DNA of 64,000 bases from Perkinsus chesapeaki ATCC PRA-425. Its lineage: Eukaryota; Protista; Perkinsozoa. The notes under the pieces were generated by a model that worked only from the letters and a program-made list of their open reading frames with translations, made no database searches and was not told the DNA's origin. The translations under genes were made by a program, and so were the position numbers. Positions 21,518 to 33,530 of the stretch are shown here, one piece after another. Within the stretch, counting starts at the first letter, position 1. Each line of letters starts with the position of its first letter. The stretch covers positions 62,001 through 126,000 of the forward strand of contig JAAPAO010000024.1 in NCBI GenBank assembly GCA_013115145.1, given 5' to 3'.

Positions 21518-21577
21518 AGAGCGAATGAAGTGGCGTTTGTAAAGCCTTTGGAGGTTCGACGTACATTGATATGCTCT
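21518..21577 (+). promoter_or_regulatory. Eukaryotic SECIS element (form 2) in the SelH 3' UTR
   Basis: Helix I AGAGC/GCTCT; core ATGAA (21525)/TGAT (21567); about 10-bp helix II with a bulge; unpaired AAA (21541-21543); apical mini-helix GCCT/AGGT. Starts 34 nt after the stop. Confidence 0.88.
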
Positions 21578-21765
21578 ACAGTGGAGGATAACCGATAGAT
21601 ATGCTCACAACTCCATTATAAATTCAAGTATGAGTTTTTCGTACCGTGCTTAGATGATTGCGTGTGGTGTTTTTGAAAAGGGACAGATTTTGTGTCGGTG
21701 ATTTCATACTAGGCTAACATCGCCGATGGCACGAATTTAAATTTGACAGCTTGATGTGTAACAAC

Positions 21766-22857
21766 ATGAATCCTATAAACGCCTTCGCCTTCGCCCTCCT
21801 TGAGGAGCTCAGCATCGACACCACATCATCAACTGATTACGATATTACAAATACGGTGGTGAGCCCTTTGTCCTTATTCCAAACTATGGCAATTGCAGCT
21901 TATGGTGCCAAAGAGGGTGATACACTAGATGGTATACTTAATGTTACTCATACCAAAGATTTGGAACAGCTCTGTGATGTGAGCCGCGACTTTGATAACT
22001 CCACTGGAGATGGTGATGTGTTGTTGTCGGCCAACGCTGTTTGGTCTAATGTCCTTATGGAATCGTTTATTGATGACGTTAAGTCCAACTTGAACGCGGA
22101 GGTCTTCCCGGAGGTCCCCACCAAGGATATCATCAACGCGTGGGTCGAAAGGAAAACCAATCATTTAATCAAAGACTTGCTTTCATCCGATCCACCAGCC
22201 AATGGTGCTGCTCTGGTCAACGCTGTCTACTTCAAGGACGAGTGGAAGAAGTCGTTCATGAAGAGCTTTACCAAGGAAACTGAGTTTCAGACAAACGACA
22301 ATGAGCCGCCGATGAAGGTCGAGATGATGGTGGCAGCAAGCCCATATGATGAGACTGCTCAAAAGGGATTTGATTACTATTCGGACGATAAAGTGCAAGT
22401 GGCGGTGGTTCCGTACGCCCACGAGGATTTTGACGCGCTTGTGGCACTGCCAGCTGAGGGAGTTTCAATGGATAGTTTCACGGCGAGTGACTTTGATACA
22501 TGGACAGAAGGTCTGGTGCAGAATAAGCAAGGTAGCTTGTCCTTTCCCAAGTTTAAGGCAGAGTATGGTGTAAAGGATATGACTGACGCATTCCAGCACT
22601 TGGGATTGGTATTGGATGGTGACTACAGTAAAATGGGACCTGGCCTCAGGGTAGGCTCGGTCCTTCATAAGGCTGTTATAAAGGTTGATGAGAATGGTAC
22701 AGAAGCAGCTGCAGCCTCGGCCATGATGATGTTGACAGCTATGCCGGTGGAGCCACCATTCCATATGGTTTGCAACAGGCCTTTTATGTTCATAGTTAGG
22801 CACAAGCCAACCAATAGTATTGTTTTTATTGCTAAGATTAAACAGCCCACCGTGTAA
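21766..22857 (+). CDS. Serpin, inhibitory-type hinge, no signal peptide, intronless
   Basis: VVSPLS, LVNAVYFKDEW, PKFK, HKAVIKVDENGTEAAAAS hinge, CNRPFMFIVRH. An alternative ATG lies at 21754. Confidence 0.95.
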   Translation: MNPINAFAFALLEELSIDTTSSTDYDITNTVVSPLSLFQTMAIAAYGAKEGDTLDGILNVTHTKDLEQLCDVSRDFDNSTGDGDVLLSANAVWSNVLMESFIDDVKSNLNAEVFPEVPTKDIINAWVERKTNHLIKDLLSSDPPANGAALVNAVYFKDEWKKSFMKSFTKETEFQTNDNEPPMKVEMMVAASPYDETAQKGFDYYSDDKVQVAVVPYAHEDFDALVALPAEGVSMDSFTASDFDTWTEGLVQNKQGSLSFPKFKAEYGVKDMTDAFQHLGLVLDGDYSKMGPGLRVGSVLHKAVIKVDENGTEAAAASAMMMLTAMPVEPPFHMVCNRPFMFIVRHKPTNSIVFIAKIKQPTV

Positions 22858-22944
22858 GAGGTTACTCTACGATCTTTAGCTTTTCCTCTACTATAAAGGA
22901 ACTCTTGTGCACCAGTCTGCTTTAATATTTACCGTAGTCAACTG

Positions 22945-23729
22945 ATGTCCAATTCCACTAGTGACGACGGGACGTCATCAGATGTGTCTGGGCCACCGTT
23001 AGGAGCTACCGTCCATCAAGACGAACCGCCTCAGAATGCTATGGATGTTGCCGATGATCTCCTCAATCATTTAACCGCCACACAGCTGTTGTATGTCCTT
23101 CATCGAGTGCACCATTTGTGCTATCACGTAATAAAGCAGGGATTTACTATTAGGAGTAGCTTCGGTTATGGTAGGCCCCAGAGAAGGCCAGAGAGCTACT
23201 TAGCGAGGATCCTAACCTTTCCTTGGCTCTTATTCATGCTCACTATCTCCTAGGCGTCACCACCGGGGAGCGCTTGTTGCCTCTGACTGCTGATGAGGTA
23301 ACACTTTTCGTCTAGCTGTGAGTGTTGTACGTCTTTATTATTAGGTGAGCTTAGCCAAGGATAGACTGCAGCAGATCAGGACTCAAGGGGCAGTGGCGGC
23401 TTCAGAGGCCGTTGTCCAACCCATGCCATTTTATAACCCTCCTACAACCGGCAGCCTGCAGAATGTGGTACTACTTTGGTGGGGCTGAGATTGTATTTCA
23501 TACTACCGTCATTTAGTTTCCAACCATCCCAACGGCACCGGAGCCTCCTGCGGCAGATGACAAGCTTGATCATTTAGCGAGGGAAATATCTCTATTGATA
23601 GGGACGAAGATTGCGGCAGATACCGAGAGCATCATGTCAGCTCTTGGCAACTTGTCACCGGAGCAGATAGCATCTTTACCCGAGGCTGTTCAAGCGCAGG
23701 TCTTGGAGCTTCTCCAGGGAGCCGAATAA
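22945..23729 (+). CDS. CstF-64/Rna15-like protein (hinge plus C-terminal domain, no RRM seen)
   Basis: LLNHLTATQLLYVL...PEKARELLSEDPNLSLALIHAHYLLG resembles the hinge; LGNLSPEQIASLPEAVQAQVLELL* resembles the C-terminal domain. Confidence 0.6.
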
Positions 23730-23757
23730 GGCAGTGATAACGTTTGTAATATTATAC

Positions 23758-26560
23758 AATGGAGCCAGTGGTGTTGTGCGGGGATGGTAGAGCTGTCTTT
23801 TAGCTATTATTTGTTATTATCGTTGCAGTGATGCCATCATTTCCGCCATCATTACCAACAGTGCCACGATATAAGCTACTGTTCTCCTTACTTACTATAA
23901 TACCGGCTGGTATAACAACAATACCACTTTATTTAGCACCCAAGTCTGCATGGTACATTTACCTTTCGGTAATAATAATAACAAAGGGGCATGGGAAAGG
24001 GCGGTCTTCTCATCTGGAAATCCAAATCGGCTCCTAATACTTGACGGATGAGAATTTCTCATTGAGAATCATCATTTCCCTTGTCAGATCATCGGTCCTA
24101 TATTTGCCAACTTCGCTGTTAAGTTCAACTGGCCGGCTATTGAAAGCTTCGCCCGTACTGGTATCCTCGGTCGATGGTTAGGTGCTGGACTTGGCTGTCT
24201 GGCACACTTCATTGTTGAGGCTATGGGCGGGGGCACTTACCATAAACTTTGGGCCATCCTATTTTTCCTCCCAGTGACATTCTTTTTCTGCATGTCGCAG
24301 AGTAATGGTGGTTGTAAAATGGGAGAGCTTATAATGGGTCAAACGTCGCTGGTATCGTCTGGTGTAGCTGTCCTGTGGTTCACCACCAACGGCTATAAGG
24401 AAGGCATTGCTTTCGCGGTCTTCCAGACCTTTGGCACCATAACGTCGTTTGTCCTTCTGCAATTCCTCCATCTTACTGGCCTTCTTCCCGCCGACAGCCC
24501 TCCGCCATTTCAACGGTTTAGCTATTCCGCTGCCAACCTATATGATGTGATGACGTCGTATATAGTATCGGGCGATGAGCACACAAGAGTCCTCAATGCT
24601 GCTTATGAGGACTTTGTCGATGCCTGTATGAATATAGCCTCCCACCCCGGACCGGCTGACATTGAAACTCCAGCGTGGTATATGGCGGCCTATCTATTCT
24701 CGTTAAGGCAGAACCTGAAGTCTGGCAAGTTCTCTGATTCAATTTTGGAGAACTACTGGCAGCCGATGGCAGCTGATCTGCTGGATTTGCGCAGCAGTGT
24801 GGGGTTGGTGTTGAGATCTATTTATGAGAGGGACGCCACTTTGAGGGAGAGGGCAGATGAGATCAACCTGAGGGATCGCGCTAAGGTGTTTGAGGCGCAT
24901 CTCCTTAAAGTGAACAGGAATGCTGCTCGCCTGGTGACCAGTGGCCAAATGGAACCTCCCGATGGAAATGAATTTATGAGATTCCAATCAGCCTTGGGAT
25001 CGACGTTCTATTTTGCGTGTCGAGCGCAGGACTATCGAGACGCCAGTGTTGAGGTACAGGAAAAGAAGCGGGAACAGGTAGGGCTACTGTCGCGATACAG
25101 AATTAGGCTGTTATTGTTCACTTCAGGCTAAGAGGTATTCCTGTCATCCATTTGAAGGGTTCGTAGAATGGTGCAAAGGTTGGCTGAGTGAGCCTTTCTT
25201 CAAAGGCCTTAATGAAGGTGGTGGGGCCAAACCAACATTGATCTATGCAGCTCGGTTTACCCTTGCCATTGTTATTGGAGAAGTTGTCCTAGTTGTTGGT
25301 CAGCGATACAGCAGCGGTGTTCGGCAGCATGGTCTCTGGGGAATACTTCCAGTGTACTTGTGTTTTTTGCCGACTTGTGGAGCATCTTTGCTCAGAGGCA
25401 GCCGTAGGGTTATTGGTACATTGTTGGGTGCTTTCGTGAGCATCATATGTCTACTGGCAAATCCTCACGACTCGGCTGCAATATTCGTAGAGATGATTAT
25501 CGTGGTCTTTGTCGGTAAATTCGCCAGTTCGTATGGCGGTATAGGTTATGCCGGATCAGTCTTCACATTGACCTGGTTCGTGGTGTGCATGGGCTTGGCT
25601 ATCGGCACAACATCTCCTAAGAACGAGATGATGATCGCTGCTGCCTGGAGAGCTGGTCTCACTACTGTTGGTGTTATCTACGCCACTGTGTTTTCTGGTG
25701 TCGTCTTCCCGGACTTTGCTGCTGTTCATTATAAGCAAGCAACCTCCCATGCGATTGAGGAAGGCTGCAATGGTGTTGAAGGGGCTGTTATACAGTTGGT
25801 GCGAGCAAGGACGGATGAGAAGGGCGATATATCTTTGGTTGATCCTCGCACTGAATTCGGCCACGCTGTGTTCAAGTCACTAAGTACTCGAGTAAAGTAC
25901 CGCGAAGATGCGACTGCCGAAGTAGCGGTTTTGGGTACTTTAAGATTGCTCACTCCGATGACCAAAAGGGTTTTGAGGAACCGTAAGGAGATAGACAAAC
26001 TTACCAATGCGGCGTTGGTGTTGCACAACTCTTTGGTGTCGGCAACCCTATTCGTAACGGGCCCCGCGGCTGATATGCTCGACTCTATCATTCCAGGCCT
26101 GAGGAACTTCGGTTTTGCTTTGAGGTCTTCATCGGAGAGGCTATATAGGGCTATGAACGAGGAGGATAATGTCCCGCCTCTGAAAGACGATGTTAATGTG
26201 GCAGTTCAAGTGTGTTTGGATGCTTTCTTGCACGCAAAGGATAGGCTAGTAGAAGACTGTTTGGCTGGCTCCGAGAGGGCTGCCGAGATCATTTCATCTG
26301 GTGGCTTCAGAGTATATTATTTGGTGTATTCTCTTACTGTTTTTGCCGAGCTATGGACAGGAGTAGAGAATAGGCTCATTGGGAGACAGCCTCCAGTTGA
26401 GATGGTTGGTACCACAACTACTGCCTCGGATACATCGGTGTCGACTGCTGATGAAGATTCACCAGATGACATCCCTGAGCCTAACAATGGGACTTCTAGG
26501 CCGAGATCGCTCTCCACTTTATCGAGGAGAGCTGCTCGAGATACCCGCTATGATATTTAA
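23758..26560 (+). CDS. ALMT/FUSC (aromatic acid exporter-like) multi-pass transporter; 5' end uncertain
   Basis: YAARFTLA, HGLWGILPVYLCFLPTCGASLLRGSRRVIGTLLG, GYAGSVFTLT, AAWRAGLTTVG..VFPD; many TM segments in two halves. Confidence 0.75.
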
Positions 26561-27196
26561 CCAACGCTATTCCTGATTATATATTTTGAGCTAATGAGAT
26601 TGTTTGAAGATCGGCTGCTTTTCTGATGGAAAAACCATAAAATCGTTGGGAATAAGAATCGCTGCTTATTAAGATGATTTGTTGATACTCTAGTATTTAT
26701 TTTATACAATTTTAACGAAGACTATTTTTCTGGAAGTGTTGATCAATGCATCAATCCTTGCAAGTCTTACCAAGGAACGCTCAATAGCTGCTGCTGCCGT
26801 ACTATAATCGGCAGTCTATGCAAAGGCGTATTCCTGTGGTAGGCAGTTGAGTTATGTTCCTATTATTCTTAGTCTATCACTGCTCTACTGTAGCAAGAAC
26901 TGAGTGCAATTATTGAGGTACTCCTCGATGGCCGAGGGGGCCCTCCCTTAGACCTGCTGGTCTCAGCTATTCGAATGCTTGTGTTGTTATAATTCCGCTA
27001 GAAAGGGGAAGTACATCAGAGTACATTCATCAGACCCACCTCAGTGATGTAATAGGCTGACACTTCACTATACCCCTCGAGAGACTCATACGCTTGTGAT
27101 TCTGGACTAGTTCTAATGTCCAAGAGGCGCGGAGGAGATCGCATGCTTCTCCCTTCTGGACTGATTTAAGTGCTTGTATTCAACAGTTGTTTGGGA

Positions 27197-28827
27197 ATGT
27201 TGAAATGCCTGGCATTTCTTTCAATTGCGTTACCTACCTGCTATGCACTCCACTTTGACGAGGCGATGCTGCAGGCCTTGGGCCACACTAGAGACTTTCT
27301 TAATAGGACTGTCTATAACAACCATCTTTCAGACGGACCGTTGGGGTTCACCGTAGACCCGCAATTCGGGGGACGACCACATTTGTGTTTCATGAGTATC
27401 GGTCCATTCTCACACATTTACTTTGAGAACCTCGCTGTACAGTACTCTGATATAGAGATGGTAGTGATAGGGCCTGAGGTCTACCAGTCGTATTCCGGTA
27501 GCTATCTCGCGGCAGTGATGGATACAACAAATAGAAGCATTACGTCCATCCCGAGCAAGGGCTCTTATAGCCGTGGATGCGACATTATAGTGTTTTCACA
27601 TGATTCCTATCGGTTCTCGCTTGAGCAGATTAAACCTTTAGTACGTGGTCGAGGCGAGGTGGTTCTACTGTTTCACCTGAACGGATGCACTCATGACACT
27701 TCAACCGAGCTGACGGATAACTATCAATGCGAACTCCTGTTGTCTCTTTGGCGCCATAGCGTCTGTGGTATGGAAGAGGCCGATGCTGGCTGCACGGATT
27801 TGCTCTGCTTGTGCTTCGCTCCAACCCAAGCGGTCGTAGATACGTTTGCGGAAGAGATCGATTGTGGAAGATTCTTTCAAGCCGGCCCCGGTGCTCCGGA
27901 AGGCAACTCCCAATGGTACCAAGATTGGTTTGTTTACCATAACATTCTCAAGTATCTCCCTGAAGACCACGTTCGCGGTACCTTCCTTGACATCGGAGCT
28001 GCTGATCCCTTTCTCTTGTCCAATACGGTTGTATTCGAGAAGTGTCTTGGCTGGCATGGCGTGTGTCTTGAACCCAACCCGAGAGCTGCCTTGCTACTTG
28101 ATGTTTACCGCGGTAACTGTACCGTTGTCCCTGTATGCATCTGGTCTACGGACTCCGAATGGAGCTTACGACAGGGCCTTGAGCTGTCGTCTCTGTATGC
28201 ACCAAGCAAAGGTGAATTCCCACTATCCTGGGTGGATGAGGAAACCTGGCGAAGGGAAGGGTTCATGGCATTGAGGCGCACACAAACAAGCTCAGTTGGA
28301 GGTGTGGATCTTTATGATGCCAACTGCTTTACTTTATCGTCTTTGAGTGCCATGCTCGGAGGGCTGCGGGCTGACGTCGTATCGATAGATGTGGAGGGCG
28401 CTGAGGTGAGTACTTCACTCCCTGCTGACACGCTTTCACGGATGTGTCCATCCAGTAGTCCTGTGCCGGCTCGCCTTTTAGGTTGAGCTTCTAGCTGGGG
28501 TGGAGGACCTTTTTGCTCTTACCGGGGCAATCGTTGTTATCATCGAAACTCGGCCGGCTACGGCATTCCACGTAGACCAGCTGCTCATGCCAAACGGCTA
28601 CGTTAAGGTGAAATGTTAATAAACGGCGAATCGGACGTCTTTCCCGATGCATGAGCTTGTCATTTCAGTTGGCAATGCTCGGGCAAGATAGCGTATTCGT
28701 TCACATCACCGTTATAAAGTATCTCACGAGTTTATCACTACCGGATACGATGCGTTCGTCATCCGGACAAGTGTGGCACTATAGGGATTTTCAAGCTCGC
28801 TTCCTTCATTTCAAGGACAATACCTAG
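27197..28827 (+). CDS. FkbM-family methyltransferase with signal peptide; apparent 1-nt frameshift near 28510
   Basis: GTFLDIGAAD..LSNTVVFEKCLGWHGVCLEPNP; VVSIDVEGAE; the C-terminal IVVIIET falls in a shifted frame. Confidence 0.8.
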
Positions 28828-29346
28828 AGGAATGTGGCCTGTTACTTGCTGAGGCAGCTCGAAATGATTGGACCGCATGTCACCCTAGTCCACCTAGTTG
28901 TGATCGCCAGCTCAGATGCGCTTCGTGATAGAGGAGATGGGACGCATGTGAGGTCATCTAACTGGCTACTCAATTGTTTAATATCATACACGAGTGTTGA
29001 GTAGAGTGTGCAGGACAGGTTTATTTGTTCTAACTAAAGATAGGTATGGTTGGTACAGCACTCTTATATACTGGCCAACATATTCTTAGGCTCGGAATCT
29101 TAGCAGCTTGTGCAGCTTCTTGGGGATTTAGAAAGAGCGCATCTTATCAGTTAATCAATGAGCACGGTATATGGTCCCTAAGCATAATAAGTATATCCTA
29201 TAAGTTTCAGAGCGAAAGCTCTTGCCAGTCGTGAGGAACAGTGATTACTAAGAATATATTGTGCAGTGTCGATGGAGTCGCTATTTGATAGCAGCTCACC
29301 CGTGGCTAGGGTTGTCGCAAGTGGTCCTCACTTTTCAGTTTTGTAC

Positions 29347-32300
29347 ATGAAACTACAACACTGTATCGTCGTACTGCTGCTTCCTTTCGCCTTGGCAGCT
29401 GCTCAGTCTCTGTCGCCGTGTAGTACTGAAAGCAAAGACAGGCTTAATGTGTTCATGCTGTGGCCATGGAGAAAGGAGGAGTTCACTGGGACGCAATACT
29501 CTGCCATTGACAGTGTATGACGGGGAATCGCCTTCTACGGCTGCACTCCAGATCAGGTTCTCTTTAACTATCCATCTGCTAATGTACAGGTGGTCTCCGA
29601 TCAACTTTCAGAGGACCTGTTTGTCGGTCACATTGAGCAAGGGTAGGCGAGGAGCGCTGTTGTACCGTGTAAGTGACTGCTTTACCTCAGTTACTGTGTA
29701 TCGGTTATTCCTATGAGTTTGCAGGCAGCTGTCGAGATGGTCATCAATACTCTTGGGGGAGATATGGACGATTCCCTCGCTGGTGACTGGGTGGAGTTGC
29801 TAACCCGAGCACCAGAGAAGTAGGCCGCGCGCTTGCTTTGCCATTTCTGCGGTTTCCGTAAACGCCGTTTTCAGACATGTATCATTATTATACCATTTGG
29901 CGGTATATGCCCTACAGCTTCAGCATGGAGGGCTTTATATGCCTCTAGATGGGATGCTGCTCAATACCCTCGAGTAACCCATCCGCTGCCGGCTTTCCCG
30001 GACAGTACGTATTCTCAGATACGTTCTACCTCCTGCATTAGCGCATCGAGTGAATACAACAACGATGTGGATGGAACTTTATGTGGCAGCTGAGGATGTC
30101 GTTAATGGTGCAGCCCTTTCGCGGGATGACTTTGAGAATACTGTGTGGAAGAGGAGCTGGATGGATAGGATGGAAGATGCCACTGTGGTAGGCCTGCATC
30201 GCTCTTATAGTAGACAACTGGCATTAGATTGTCAGCGGTGTTCCTTCAGATATGCGCTACAGACTGTCTGAGATATATACCAAAGGGCAGCCCTTCTGCA
30301 GGTTCATGGATGATAAGTATCATCACTGGTGAGTAGACACTGTGATAAACCAGTGGTCGCTAGAAGGAGCTGCTTTCAGCTACTGTTGCCCTCGGCGACT
30401 CAAGAGTGGATGTCAATGCCATTGCGACACTAATCGCTAAAACTCATATCAAGGAAGACAACTATGTGGTGAGCATTTGAGGCGCAGTGAACGCTGAATT
30501 ACGGTTGAAGATCCTACCGTGCTGGCTGATGGCGGAACCGAAGTTTCCCGATTTGTGGAAGAACTTTGGCAATGTGGATTCATTGTCGGCTCGAGATACC
30601 GATCTCTTCTCTCCTCGATGGACTAGAGAACGCCAGGACTGGTACTTCCACTCTACTGCGTTGCATCTAGTCCAGCGGGTCAGGTGGCTGGTACATACTT
30701 CTAAGCTTTTCCTGCCGCTATCAATCGGAGCGGGTGATCAGCTTAACCCCATGCCCTCAAGTGTGGCGGCGCTGGCTGTTACACATTTCGACTTGGGTTT
30801 GCGGCCCAGAGGAGCCCGGGCAAGGGTCTTGTTCGTCGATGCAAAGCCCCCTAATGGTGAGGCTTCTCGACTTCGGTTTCTATCATATATTCATTGACAT
30901 CTGGACGGAATTCTTAATGCTCTTTGGTGTGGCTCTGAACAGCCGGAGGCGTGTTGCACTCAGCTGACGATACGGTTCTTACTTTTCCATACCGTGTTTT
31001 CATATCTCCCTGATGTAGATTGTTGACACCTTCATGATAAGTGATTCCTTGTTTGTCTGTAACCCTTGAGAAAGGCTTCATGATAACCACTCCTTCATGC
31101 GGCATCTTTTCAGTGTCCCTTCGTTCGCCTCGGGACCATATAAGGCGGCATATGGTCCCGGACCAGTTGAGACTACATGATTTCCAAGTGTGGGAGGGAG
31201 GCCTGCCAGGCACGGTCGGAGGCTACAGGACCTTTCGGAATCTGAGGTGCGTAATGGAGCTTCTGATACACGCTGGCCATTTGGTGTACTCTTCAGAGTG
31301 AGCGCGCCGCAGCTGGTTGAAGTCTATCTTCGAGCAGATGTCGCCTTCTTTTGCCGTTCCGAACCTGGACCGCATGTTCCAGTTGAATCCTCTGATAGGG
31401 AGGTCATGCGGTGTCGAGCAGGCATGCAATCGACCTTCGGCGAGTGGAGGGCATGTGGCAAGGCATCAGATGTTAACTCGGCCATCAACCTACTGAGCTA
31501 CCGGTCAAGGTTTCCCGATCATTTCGTAACAATGAATATTACAGTGAATCCAGTCAGTTCCTGTAGCGCTCCCATGGACAAGCTTAACCCTGGAGGCTTC
31601 AAAGATAACCTAACGTTAGCTCTGGTTGATCCAGCCAAGTTGGTGACGGTCGTAGCACATTCAGCGGAGCGATGCTGGTTGCTGCCAAGGATGGCGAACA
31701 GCCTCCTTGAGTGGTATCCTGGATTGAGTTTCTTGGCAACCTGCGAGTGTGCTTTTGAAGGAGACCCTGATTGCGTTGACACTCCTACCCAGCGCGCCGA
31801 GTACGGTATCCCTAACTTGAAGGTGTACGATGTACCGTTCGACTTTGGTCTCTCTCGAGGGAAGTCTTTGCTGATATCTCTAGTGGAAACTGAGTTCGTT
31901 CTTGTACTTGATGATGATTTTGTTCGATCCTATCACTCTTGTTTAGAATGTATGTTGTGGCGTATGCGCAGTAAGATCCACTCTGCCCAATGGAGGCCGC
32001 TCGATATCGTTGGCTTCCCGGTGCTCGAGGATGAGCGCGCTTTTGGGGCCTTCAGAGGCAAGCTGCGAGTCGCCGACCAAAAGCTGTTCCTAGAGCCGTT
32101 TGTGGAGTCCACCCACCCTGATGGATGCGCTAGAGTTGATATTTGCCCAATGGTTTTCCTGGCTCGAACTGCAAGGATGAAGTCATTCCAATGGCAACTA
32201 GAGCTTCCAGTCGGCGAGCATGAACAATTCTTCCTTTCAAACAAGTATCGTGGCATTCAAGTGGCGGTTTGCTTCGACTCTTCCTTCCCTCACTTCCGAG

Positions 32301-33243
32301 TGAATACTAGCTCGACCCATTACAGCGCCAGGCGAGAGAGAATGCGGCAGCTAATGACCGGCGCATTTGCCAGAGTTGGTGTTGCGCAATCTTATTATCT
32401 GTTTCATAAATACTCTTACACGAGTAGCGAGGATTTCGACTCCCTCATCGAGGTGGGCCTTGAACCGCATACAGTCTCTGATGATACGTGTGATCCAAAG
32501 CCGCACCCACCAAAACCCTTTCGATTGGTAATGATGGCAGTCATGTCCGACCAAGATCATTTTGACCACCGTCGAGCTCTAAGGCAGAGTAGCTCCTACC
32601 TGTCGCGACTATCTGTTGCTCAGGCATCCTATTGGGTATTTTTGGTACCTGCCCAAGCGCGAAGTGACTCTTTAGTTCGGCGAGAGTTTGACGAATTTGG
32701 TGATATTGTCTTTGTTCCTGATGGTTGGTCCTCTTCCACTCTTGCTTACACTCTAGAGTTTTTCCAAACGTTTGAGTTACTATGGCTGGTATTTATTCGG
32801 GATGACGTCCTCTTCGATGTTGGCCGGTTTATTGAGATTATGCGCCAACTTGAGCCACCCAGAATGAAGATGTTTTATGACCCATCTGATCTCCGATCTG
32901 TCATGGGCATGTCGCGCGACATCCATCACCTACTCGCGAGTCCAGCTGTCTTGTCAAGGCTCAAGCCTTATGCTAGTATGTGGGAAGCATTCGAGCAGTG
33001 GACAGAACCTTTCCAGGTAACGTGCTTCACATTCACACCTGCCGCTAGAGCGCGCGCTAGTCATCCCGCCGGTTTCTATTTCAGATCGAACGGCAAGGAA
33101 TCGAGGGTGTCCATGTTTCTCCAAGCCTCACCAATGCCACTTGCGTCCATGGTGCCTCGATATTAGGCGTGCTGAATGCAGACCAGCTAGCTGCCATGAG
33201 CGAGCTCTCAGCATCTGGTGTAGAACCATGTTCCATATTGTAA
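29347..33243 (+). CDS. Multi-domain glycosyltransferase (A4GALT/GT32-like + B4GALNT/GT12-like + GT31-like)
   Basis: Signal peptide MKLQHCIVVLLL; QYSAIDSVFSNYPSA and HGGLYMPLD; LVTVVAH...PFDFGLSRGKSLL..ETEFVLVLDDDF; VMSDQDHFDHRRALRQ...EFDEFGDIV...IRDDV. Confidence 0.65.
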
Positions 33244-33530
33244 CATGCTACTTCCATGAAGTTTCCGGTGTGCACCTAGAAGGGGCATTCTGCTGAATGA
33301 TTTGCCTTGTTGTTGGGGGTTGGTAGCTGTAGTGTGGATCCTGGCATCAAACTCAACGGCTAGACTGATCGCGACGAAGCTAGAAGTAATTGCAGCACCT
33401 TCCGGCACATGAGCCTTTCTGATCTAGTGGTGTAGGCGTATGTAGCATACTGTCGAGTAGCTAGCTGGATATCCCTACCGGAGGATGATGTCTTTTAATA
33501 TGTTGTTCGCATTCAGTTGTTGATTTTATC

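Noticed and set aside
26700-27100. Possible small minus-strand coding fragments between the transporter and FkbM genes
   Set aside because: Short, with no clear start or family.
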